32,466 nucleotides of DNA from Chloroflexota bacterium (GTDB taxonomy: Bacteria > Chloroflexota > Anaerolineae > Promineifilales > Promineifilaceae), in NCBI GenBank assembly GCA_018004935.1, contig JAGNBF010000014.1, positions 1 through 32,466 of the forward strand. Reading direction: 5' to 3'. The notes beneath the pieces are model-generated. The model was given only the letters and a program-made list of their open reading frames with translations, ran no database searches and was not told the origin of the DNA. Below are positions 24,937 to 32,466 of the stretch, piece by piece. The stretch's first letter is position 1. The number at the start of each line of letters is the position of its first letter. A program made the translations under genes and the position numbers.

Positions 24937-25674
24937 ATGCCCCTTACACCAATGCAAACACAACGCAAATCCCTGCCCTGGGTCTGGCTTGCCCTGGCTT
25001 TACCCCCTATCCTTTTTCTACTGAGCATTATCTTAGCCTCAATTTATATCGGGTTTATCAACCAGGGAGATACCACGGTTATTGCCGAGCAAGTGTCCCA
25101 GGCAACGCCACAAATTCTGGTGGTGGTGCAAATTTTAATGCTCGGCCTGCTTTTGTGGGTGCGTCGGGCCAATGGGTTACGCTGGGCCGATTTAGGCTGG
25201 AAGGTGCACACGGGTCAAACAGTCGTCCGAGAACTGGTGTTAGGGGCAGTGATTGGCGCACCATTAGCCATGCTTTATGTCTTTGTCCTGTCCCCGCTGA
25301 TGGTTACACTACAACAGACGGTAGGCGATTATGTACCCCCCGATGAACTGCTCTCCTCATTGGGGGCCTCTGTTTGGCCCTTTTTCCTGGCCAATGTAGT
25401 CCTGGCTCCTTTTGTCGAAGAGAACATTTATCGGGGGTTTGCCCTGCCGCAATTGCAGAAGCGGTATCGGTTTCTGCCAGCGCTGGTGCTTTCTTGTTTG
25501 TTTTTTGGATTGCTCCATTGGGCCGGGGGATTTTGGTACATCATTCTGACGGGTGTGGTGGCAGGAGGGGTTTTGGCTGGTTTGTATGTATGGCGCGGCA
25601 ATATTTTGGCCCCTTTTGCCGCTCATCTCACACTCAACATTATCGAATTTCTGCTGATCAGGCTTCTGGTGTAA
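24937..25674 (+). CDS. CPBP-family (CAAX protease/Abi) intramembrane metalloprotease
   Basis: 'FVEENIYRGF' is the EExxxR motif. 'FFGLLHW' is the FxxxH motif. 'FAAHLTLN' follows. The protein is polytopic. Confidence 0.8.
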   Translation: MPLTPMQTQRKSLPWVWLALALPPILFLLSIILASIYIGFINQGDTTVIAEQVSQATPQILVVVQILMLGLLLWVRRANGLRWADLGWKVHTGQTVVRELVLGAVIGAPLAMLYVFVLSPLMVTLQQTVGDYVPPDELLSSLGASVWPFFLANVVLAPFVEENIYRGFALPQLQKRYRFLPALVLSCLFFGLLHWAGGFWYIILTGVVAGGVLAGLYVWRGNILAPFAAHLTLNIIEFLLIRLLV

Positions 25675-25729
25675 CCGTTCAGCCTTCCGAAGGTTTGCAC
25701 CACGGGTCAACAACTTTTGCTGGTAATTC

Positions 25730-27811
25730 TTAAACTTTGTAGCTCACTTTCTCTTCTGTCCGGCGTAACCGCTCTCGGGCGGGAACTTTCTGGGTGCTTT
25801 GCTCCACGCGGGTGATTTCGATGCCCCGTAACTCCATAATTTGATCGCGGAGCGCGGCCGCTTTCTCAAACTCTAACGCCTGCGCGGCCGCTTTCATTTG
25901 CTTCTCCAACTCTTTAATCAACTTCACCAATTCATCCTTGGGCATTTCTGCGGGGGTGATGTAGGCCGAGCCAGATTCAGCAACAGATAAACCGGAAGAT
26001 GCGGCGTGGGTCGCGGCCGCGAGCTGATCGGTCAAATCCCGTATTGCCTTCACAATACTGCGTGGCTCGATATTGTGGGCCGTGTTATAGGCAATCTGCT
26101 TCTCCCGCCGATGTTTTGTTGTATCCATCGCTTTCCGCATCGAATCGGTGATTCGGTTGGCGTACATGATCACCTTGCCTTCGATATGCCGTGCCGCCCG
26201 GCCAATTGTCTGCGTCAGCGATGTTTCGGAGCGGAGAAAGCCTTCTTTATCCGCATCCAGAATGGCCACCAGTGATACTTCGGGCAGGTCTAACCCTTCA
26301 CGGAGCAGGTTAATCCCCACCACCACATCAAACACGCCTAGCCGCAAGTCGCGCAAGATTTCTGTCCGTTCCAGCGTATTAATCTCGGAATGGAGATAAT
26401 GCACCTTGATCCCCATTTCCAGTAGATAATCGGCTAAATCTTCGGCCATTCGTTTGGTCAGGGTTGTGACCAGCACCCGTTGCTTTTTGCTGATCCGTTG
26501 TTTGATTTCTCCCAGGAGATCATCTACCTGCCCTTTTACCGGACGCACTTCCAATTCCGGGTCTACCACACCAGTGGGCCGGATAACCTGCTCGGCAATG
26601 ACGGTGGATTGTTTGAGTTCATAAGGGCCAGGTGTTGCTGTTGTGAAGACAACCTGACGCACTCTTTGCCAGAACTCATCAATATTGAGGGGGCGGTTGT
26701 CCATCGCACTGGGCAGGCGGAACCCATAATCTACCAGGGTTTGTTTACGGCTCCGATCTCCCGCAAACATGCCCCCGATTTGGGGTACGGTCATGTGGCT
26801 TTCATCAATGACCAACAGGTAATCTGAAGGGAAATAATCCAGGAGTGTCCAGGGCGGTTCGCCAGGCCCACGCTGATCCAGATGGCGGCTGTAATTTTCG
26901 ATGCCGGTGGTGAACCCCATCTCGCGCAACATTTCCAGGTCATATTGCACGCGCTGTTCGATGCGTTGGGCTTCCAGGTATTGTTTTTTCTCTTTGAAAA
27001 AGGTAATTCGTCCCGTCAACTCCTCTTCGATGTCATTAATAGCCTGAGCCAGTTTGGCGTCATCCGTGATGAACTCGCGGGCGGGATAGATTTCCAGCCG
27101 GGCATGTTCAACCAGAACTTCGCCAGTGAGGGGATCGATTTCGGTGATGCGTTCGATGTCGTCGCCCCAGAACTCTACTCGGAAGGCAGTTTCGGTGTAG
27201 GCGGGCATCACTTCGAGGGTGTCACCGCGCACGCGGAAGCGGCCGCGTCGCAAATCCAGATCATTACGTTCATACTGGATGTCTACCAGGTGGCGAAGAA
27301 GGAGATCCCGACGGTAAACGCGGCCGCGTTCCATCTTTACGACCACCTTGCCCCACGCTTCTGGGTTGCCAATCCCATAAATACAGGACACCGAGGCCAC
27401 AATCACCACATCTTCCCGGCTAAGCAAGTTCGTCATCGCTTCTAGCCGCAGACGGTTGATCTCCTCATTGATGTTCGTTTCCTTCTCAATGTACAAATCA
27501 TGTTGCGGCACATAGGCTTCCGGCTGATAGTAATCATAGTAACTGACAAAGTAAGAAACAGCGTTTTTAGGGAAAAACTCCTTGAATTCCGCATACAACT
27601 GGGCCGCTAACGTTTTATTGTGAGCAATGATGAGGGTCGGCCGCCCTGTTGCGGCGATAAGATTGGCGACAGTGTAGGTTTTACCCGTGCCGGTAGCTCC
27701 GCGCAGGGTCTGATAGCGGTGGCCTTGACTCAAACTATCCAGTAAGGTTTTAATCGCTTCGGGCTGATCGCCCATAGGTTTGTAATCAGAAGCCAGGTGG
27801 AACTGAGCCAT
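25730..27811 (-). CDS. uvrB: Excinuclease ABC subunit B
   Basis: '[14 protein letters not shown]', Walker A '[14 protein letters not shown]', helicase motifs and the C-terminal UvrB/UvrC-interaction helix '[25 protein letters not shown]'. The start is MAQF at 27811, with GAGGTG upstream. Confidence 0.95.
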   Translation of the reverse strand: MAQFHLASDYKPMGDQPEAIKTLLDSLSQGHRYQTLRGATGTGKTYTVANLIAATGRPTLIIAHNKTLAAQLYAEFKEFFPKNAVSYFVSYYDYYQPEAYVPQHDLYIEKETNINEEINRLRLEAMTNLLSREDVVIVASVSCIYGIGNPEAWGKVVVKMERGRVYRRDLLLRHLVDIQYERNDLDLRRGRFRVRGDTLEVMPAYTETAFRVEFWGDDIERITEIDPLTGEVLVEHARLEIYPAREFITDDAKLAQAINDIEEELTGRITFFKEKKQYLEAQRIEQRVQYDLEMLREMGFTTGIENYSRHLDQRGPGEPPWTLLDYFPSDYLLVIDESHMTVPQIGGMFAGDRSRKQTLVDYGFRLPSAMDNRPLNIDEFWQRVRQVVFTTATPGPYELKQSTVIAEQVIRPTGVVDPELEVRPVKGQVDDLLGEIKQRISKKQRVLVTTLTKRMAEDLADYLLEMGIKVHYLHSEINTLERTEILRDLRLGVFDVVVGINLLREGLDLPEVSLVAILDADKEGFLRSETSLTQTIGRAARHIEGKVIMYANRITDSMRKAMDTTKHRREKQIAYNTAHNIEPRSIVKAIRDLTDQLAAATHAASSGLSVAESGSAYITPAEMPKDELVKLIKELEKQMKAAAQALEFEKAAALRDQIMELRGIEITRVEQSTQKVPARERLRRTEEKVSYKV

Positions 27812-27903
27812 AAACACCTCGTGGAAGAAATGGAACCGGTAAATGCGGGGCCATTACCAGGAACCCGTGAGGGGGAATAGATAAGGGTTCGTAAAAATAT
27901 AAC

Positions 27904-27937
27904 CTCCCGGTTTAGACCTGACAGGTTTTCGGAAACC
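27904..27937. repeat. Perfect 15-bp-stem hairpin of the 'gacc..ggttttcggaaacc..ggtc' family
   Basis: agacctgacaggttt-tcgg-aaacctgtcaggtct. Related copies at 2484-2517 and 17693-17724 keep the pairing with different stem bases. Confidence 0.8.
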
Positions 27938-28653
27938 TGTCAGGTCTTGACGGAATTTAATCTTTTACAGGCCCTAAGTGGAAAACAAGGTAACGACTAA
28001 ACCCGTTGCCTGAGCTTGTCGAAGGCAAACGGGCTTCGACAAGCTCGGCCCTGGAGAGGGTTAGTTGTTACAAAACAAGAACGAAAGTTCGCTATTTTAC
28101 CACAAATCAGGAGTACAGGCAGGGCGATCACCTACTCGTCTAGCAATTCTCAATTCAACCAACGGTTATGGAGATTAAACAAATTGGGTTCTTGGGGATT
28201 TCATGGGGTACGGGCAACCCTTGTGGTTGCCCCACACGAGGCAGGCACAAGGCCAACCCCTACATTTAGCCCCACCCCGCGAATTCTGAAAGAACCCAAA
28301 TTATACTTACTTGAGTTTAGAGTTCAGAGCCAAAGCTAGAGGGTTTTCCAGAGTAATTTCCTCTTGCTCTCTCCTCTCGCTCTAAACTCCGGTACTTACC
28401 ACGGTCATAAAATGACATTTTGTTGGCGGCAACTGCTGAGTAAGCCTGGGCAGAAGACCCATCCCCCTACCCCTTTCCAAAGGGAAGGGGGGAAACCGCA
28501 CCAGAAATAGTTCCCCGCCCCTGGGGGCGGGGAACTTTTGAAGAGCCGTTTTTTGCAGGCATTCGCCCGCGAAAAACGGCCCCAATTGCCCTACATGCGG
28601 TGAGCACCCTGGTCGCTGAGTTTGGCAAAGGCGATACCTGTGGTTTGGTTGTT

Positions 28654-29544
28654 TTACCGTTTGGTCTGGGGCGAACCATGCCAGACATTGTCTACAATTT
28701 CTACAAAAGCCTGCTCCAGGACGGTCAGAGTGCGCCCTGGTCGGGTCATGAGGGCCGAATCCCAGCCATAGACGAGTTCTGGGGTGTGGACTTCCGCCAG
28801 GCCAAAGACGGCGGCCAGACGTTGGGGCATGAAGGTGATGGTATCAGGCTGGCGGGCCATGGGGAGCGCGGCCGCGAGAGGAACCCGTAACATAGGGCCA
28901 GGGTCAGTTACCATCTGGCGCAAACTCTCTATATGAGTATCAAATGCTTTCCCCCAGTTAATAAGCACCAACCGGTATTGCCATAGTTCGCCCAGAGCAA
29001 CGTTTTGCTGGTTAGCCAGAGGATGTTCCGGGGACACGGCCACGATCATCTTATCGTGCAGGCGTAAAAGCACCCGGGTTTGGGCGAGCAAATTGGGAAA
29101 CGCGGCCGCTAAACCCAAATTAAATACCCCATCTTTTAGCTGGTTCATCACAAAATCAGTATGTCCGGCTTCTATGTATAAATCGGCCAATGGGTAGCGC
29201 CAGTTAAAATCCATAACGACCTGGGGTAACAGGTAGGTAGAAAGGGAAAATGTGGCCCCAACGATGACCCGTCCGACGGCCCCTTGCCGTACCAGTTGTA
29301 GGGCTTCCTGCCCCGCTTCCAGAATATTTAGAGCACGTTCCACATAAGGCAGAAAGGTCTCGCCCAAGAGAGTGAGGCGTACGGGGCGCCTTTCCCGTTG
29401 AAACAGCATTCCCCCTACAATCTGTTCCAGGTTGTGGATGCGGGCACTAAGGGATGGTTGGGTGAGACTAAGCGACTCCGCGGCCGCGGTAAAACTCCCT
29501 TCATGAACCACCGCCAAAAATGCTTGTAGCTGATCTAATTCCAT
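28654..29544 (-). CDS. LysR-family transcriptional regulator
   Basis: The N-terminal HTH is 'LDQLQAFLAVVHEGSFTAAAESLSLTQPSLSARIHNLEQ'. A LysR substrate-binding domain follows. Confidence 0.85.
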   Translation of the reverse strand: MELDQLQAFLAVVHEGSFTAAAESLSLTQPSLSARIHNLEQIVGGMLFQRERRPVRLTLLGETFLPYVERALNILEAGQEALQLVRQGAVGRVIVGATFSLSTYLLPQVVMDFNWRYPLADLYIEAGHTDFVMNQLKDGVFNLGLAAAFPNLLAQTRVLLRLHDKMIVAVSPEHPLANQQNVALGELWQYRLVLINWGKAFDTHIESLRQMVTDPGPMLRVPLAAALPMARQPDTITFMPQRLAAVFGLAEVHTPELVYGWDSALMTRPGRTLTVLEQAFVEIVDNVWHGSPQTKR

Positions 29545-29569
29545 CGCTAACCTCTACAATTATGACTTT

Positions 29570-29589
29570 ATGCCTATGACTAACGGCAT
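29570..29589. promoter_or_regulatory. Candidate LysR box (T-N11-A type dyad ATGCC-N10-GGCAT) in the divergent LysR/receiver intergenic region
   Basis: tttATGCCtatgactaacGGCATatta is a perfect 5-bp dyad. It lies 26 bp upstream of the LysR start codon. Confidence 0.4.
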
Positions 29590-29706
29590 ATTATAGACAA
29601 CTTCAATGAAAAGCATAGCCATTATCATCTTGAGCGATGAGAAGACGTGTGTTATTTTTGCTTTGTCCCTGAGCGAAACAATTTACCCCGTAAGAGGCCA
29701 TAAACC

Positions 29707-30141
29707 ATGAGTAAACAAATTCTCTACTTCGATGCACAGATCTTTAATCAGATCCTCGTCAAGCGGATTCTGCAAAAAGAGGGACATGTTGCCAGTTGTG
29801 CGAATGATAGGGAATGTGCCTGGCAAATGGCTCTAACCAGCCAACCAGACCTGATCTTGATAGATATGCACCTGGAAACGGCTAAGGGGGGGATTCATTT
29901 TACCCGTGCCCTGCGTCGGATTGCCGCCTTACAAACCTGTCCCATCATTTTACTGACTCCCCCAGATGATTCTGCCGCAGAAATTGAAGCACTGTCTGCC
30001 GGAGCGAATGGGTTTATTTACAAACCAGCCAGCATTCGTGAGCTACAAACGGCCTTTCGCACCCTTCTCAATCGTGCAGAACCCGCGCCAGTGCGCCGTC
30101 CCGTGGGTGCCCCTGCCTATGCTTATGCTACATTAGCGTGA
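29707..30141 (+). CDS. Single-domain response-regulator receiver (CheY-like) protein with an atypical acidic pocket
   Basis: 'LILIDMHL' holds the phospho-Asp. 'ILLT' and 'IYKP' supply the conserved T and K. The usual N-terminal DD pair is replaced by 'FDAQ'. Confidence 0.65.
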   Translation: MSKQILYFDAQIFNQILVKRILQKEGHVASCANDRECAWQMALTSQPDLILIDMHLETAKGGIHFTRALRRIAALQTCPIILLTPPDDSAAEIEALSAGANGFIYKPASIRELQTAFRTLLNRAEPAPVRRPVGAPAYAYATLA

Positions 30142-30168
30142 GGGCTAAACCCCAGATGATCCCATTTG

Positions 30169-30208
30169 AGACCTGGTAAGCGCCTGACGCTTACCAGGTC
30201 TTTTTATT
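30169..30208 (+). terminator. Rho-independent terminator after the receiver gene
   Basis: agacctggtaagcg-cctga-cgcttaccaggtct-ttttattt forms a 14-bp perfect stem. Confidence 0.75.
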
Positions 30209-30337
30209 TCGCGCTATAGAATTGCAGAAATGATGGAGGCGGAGCCAACTGCCCCGTCAAGGGGTAAACGTAATTGTTCAGTTGCATCAATTCATTTGTA
30301 TAAACGAACCCTTAACACCTATACCAGAGGAACGACA

Positions 30338-31504
30338 ATGAGTTACCTTACCCACCTGGAATGTTCTTTTTGCCATAAGATGTATGATGCCGATCAACTA
30401 ATTCGGCTGTGCCCAGCCTGTGAACACCCCTTGCTGGCACGGTACGATTTGGTGCACGCGGCCGCGACGCTTGACCGTGACGAAATGGCCCATCGCCCTA
30501 ACACCCTCTGGCGCTACCATGAGATGCTCCCCATACGGGACCCCCATTACCACATCAGTCTAGGGGAAGGGGGAACACCCGTCCTTAAACTAGACAATCT
30601 GGGCCAGCTACTGGGGTTAAATCAGCTTTATCTTAAGGATGAAGGCCAGAACCCAACCGGCAGTTTTAAAGCGTTGGGGCTGTCGGTGGCCGTCAGTCGG
30701 GCCGTTGAACTGGGTGCCAGGGAGTTTGTCATTCCGACGGCGGGCAATGCGGGTGGGGCGCTGGCGGCTTATTGCGCCCGTGCCGGGGTAACTTCCCACG
30801 TGTTTATGCCGCAGGATGCCCCCCTGATCAACATTCTTGAGGTGCAGTTGATTGGGGCAGATTTGCGCCTGGTCAATGGGCTGATTAATGATGCCGGGCG
30901 GGAAGCGGCCGCGGAAGGGAGCGCGAAAGGGTGGTTTGATGTGTCCACGCTCAAGGAGCCGTACCGGGTAGAAGGGAAGAAAATAATGGGGTATGAGCTT
31001 GCGGCCGCGTTCAATTGGGAGCTACCGGATGTCATCATCTACCCCACTGGTGGGGGAACTGGTTTGATTGGCATGTGGAAGGCATTTGCCGAAATGGAAG
31101 CATTGGGGTGGATTGGCGCAAAGCGGCCGCGTATGGTCTCGGCGCAGGCCAGTGGCTGTGCCCCCGTGGTCAAGGCGTTCCACGATGGGGCCGAGGCTAC
31201 ATCCCCCTGGCCCAATGCCGCGACCATCGCTGGAGGGTTACGTGTGCCCGTCACCGTTGGGGGGCGGCTCATGCTCCAGGCATTACGGGATAGTCAGGGT
31301 ACAGGCGTGGCCGTACCGGATCATCGGCTCCAGGCGGGGCTGAGCCTGTTAGCGCAGAGAGAAGGGATCTTTGTGTCCTTGGAAGCGGCCGCGACCGTCG
31401 CCGCCCTGGAAGATTTGGTCAGCCAGGGTTGGGTTTACCCCGATGAGCGTATCCTCATTTTTAACACCGGCACAGGACTGAAACATCGGTTGATGCTTAT
31501 GTAA
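30338..31504 (+). CDS. thrC: Threonine synthase with an N-terminal zinc-ribbon
   Basis: 'CSFCHK...CPAC' is the zinc ribbon. The PLP lysine is in 'NPTGSFKALG'. 'GNAG' and 'TGGGTG' loops follow. AGAGG lies upstream of the ATG at 30338. The track ORF starts at 30230. Confidence 0.85.
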   Translation: MSYLTHLECSFCHKMYDADQLIRLCPACEHPLLARYDLVHAAATLDRDEMAHRPNTLWRYHEMLPIRDPHYHISLGEGGTPVLKLDNLGQLLGLNQLYLKDEGQNPTGSFKALGLSVAVSRAVELGAREFVIPTAGNAGGALAAYCARAGVTSHVFMPQDAPLINILEVQLIGADLRLVNGLINDAGREAAAEGSAKGWFDVSTLKEPYRVEGKKIMGYELAAAFNWELPDVIIYPTGGGTGLIGMWKAFAEMEALGWIGAKRPRMVSAQASGCAPVVKAFHDGAEATSPWPNAATIAGGLRVPVTVGGRLMLQALRDSQGTGVAVPDHRLQAGLSLLAQREGIFVSLEAAATVAALEDLVSQGWVYPDERILIFNTGTGLKHRLMLM

Positions 31505-32039
31505 ACATTATCGGGTGAGCAAACCCGCCCGGCGGTCAAACCGCCAGGCTTTCAGTAGTCGTGCAAAAATAACGTGGGTGGCACGGTCAGGCGACCGGCC
31601 ACAGCAAAGCGTTCAGTTAAATTCGGGTACCGTGTTGATTCGCCCATCCCCCTACGATTCCTGCCGAGAAGGGAGAAATACCAGGAGTGCCGGTTTTCGA
31701 GCGCACCGCCGCGCTCGAAAACCGGCACATTAAAAAGTTCCCCGCCTCTGGGGCAGGGTTAGGGGTGGGAGAAAATCCACGTATGCAATTGCCCCACAAA
31801 CCAGAGAAAATTACCGGGCAGGGGCTGTATTTTGTGTTAGAGTTGAGCAGAAAAAGCTGGTCAGCCAGGAAGCTATAGCTTTCAAGAAAAAGATTTTGGG
31901 TTTGTAGTAACCGCTTTAGCGGTCCCACGCTGGACGGCTAAAGCCGTTACTACCAACCAAAACCCCAAATGATTTTCTGAACATCTATAAGAAGCTGGTC
32001 AGCATTTCAGCCAGTCAGCACTTCGGCTGACAAGCCGAC

Positions 32040-32466
32040 CAGCTAAAATGCTGACAAACTATTCTTACAGGAGTTCCCCATGGATGGTATGCACACCAAG
32101 ATGGATGAAAATAACGCCACCATTTTTCATTCCTATCCGTGTTTTTTCCTATCCGTGTTTCCACCATCAGTGGCAATTTTCTCAGGAGTTCCCCATGTGC
32201 CTTTGGCACACCAAGAGGGATGAAAATCTGTAGGACGATTTGGTAAATCGTCCGGGCGATTTGCCAAATCGCCCTACATTTCGTAGGAGTTCCCCATGGG
32301 CCTATGGCACACCAAGATGGATGAAAATAACGCCACCATTTTTCATTCCTATCCGTGTTTTTTCCTATCCGTGTTTCCACCATCAGTGGCAATTTTCTCA
32401 GGAGTTCCCCATGTGCCTTTGGCACACCAAGAGGGATGAAAATCTGTAGGACGATTTGGTAAATCG
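32040..32466. repeat. Higher-order tandem array. It consists of 43-bp units (ggagttccccatgNgcctNtggcacaccaagaNggatgaaaat) alternating with two different inserts of 72 and 58 bp. Each insert occurs twice, so the array is a ~216-bp super-unit duplicated. It runs off the window end.
   Basis: Direct reading. Units lie at 32069, 32184, 32285 and 32400. Insert 1 is identical at 32112-32183 and 32328-32399. Insert 2 (32227-32284 and 32443-end) is a near-perfect ~50-bp palindrome made of two 9-bp-stem hairpins, ggacgattt-ggt-aaatcgtcc and gggcgattt-gcc-aaatcgccc. Confidence 0.85.

Noticed and set aside
32015-32425. 136-aa minus-strand ORF with internally duplicated sequence, and ORFs 31515-31733, 31574-31762, 31617-31928
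   Set aside because: They overlap the tandem array and family-A/C repeats. The internal protein duplication mirrors the DNA repeat. They are not credible genes.
32040-32466. CRISPR array (43-bp repeats with 58-72-bp 'spacers')
   Set aside because: The two 'spacer' sequences are each repeated identically, and one spacer is itself a palindrome. The repeats vary at 3 positions. No cas genes or leader are present. It is better described as a duplicated ~216-bp higher-order tandem repeat.

Overview
This 32.5-kb window is high-GC (~55-58%) bacterial chromosomal DNA. The gene set is mostly ordinary housekeeping and regulatory genes, but the intergenic DNA is unusually rich in structured repeats. 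Nothing here looks like a classical defense island, prophage or CRISPR array.

I call 21 protein-coding genes:
- a CHAD-domain protein with an N-terminal helix-turn-helix (HTH)
- a small Cys-containing hypothetical protein
- a PNPOx-like (pyridoxamine 5'-phosphate oxidase family) flavoprotein
- a beta-propeller-like lipoprotein
- a Uma2/DUF820 endonuclease
- a MoeA fused to a periplasmic-binding-protein (PBP)-like domain
- thrS (threonyl-tRNA synthetase)
- a cold-shock protein
- an SPFH/flotillin
- a Crp/Fnr regulator
- a membrane-anchored dynamin-like GTPase
- a small membrane protein
- a large secreted Pro/Thr-linker repeat protein
- an orphan histidine kinase
- mmuM (homocysteine S-methyltransferase)
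- a PadR regulator
- a CPBP protease
- uvrB
- a LysR regulator
- a single-domain receiver protein
- a zinc-ribbon-type thrC (threonine synthase)

The more interesting material is non-coding:
- The palindromic octamer GCGGCCGC occurs about 46 times, roughly 50-100 times more often than chance predicts. This resembles the HIP1 highly iterated palindrome of cyanobacteria but has a different sequence.
- Nearly every intergenic gap longer than 100 bp is filled by one of at least five families of hairpin-containing or MITE-like repeats. In several of them the stem sequences differ between copies while pairing is preserved.
- Two loci are higher-order tandem arrays. The terminal one (32040-32466) is built from 43-bp units that each contain a Shine-Dalgarno (SD)-ATG motif and a mini-ORF, alternating with near-perfect palindromes.
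- thrS is preceded by a near-consensus sigma70 promoter, a T-box-like motif (GGGTGGAACCGCG) with a terminator hairpin, and a further ~300-nt structured leader.
- The MoeA gene carries two in-frame low-complexity insertions encoded by microsatellite-like 7-9-nt repeats.

All functional calls are based on sequence motifs I recognise by eye. No database searches were run.
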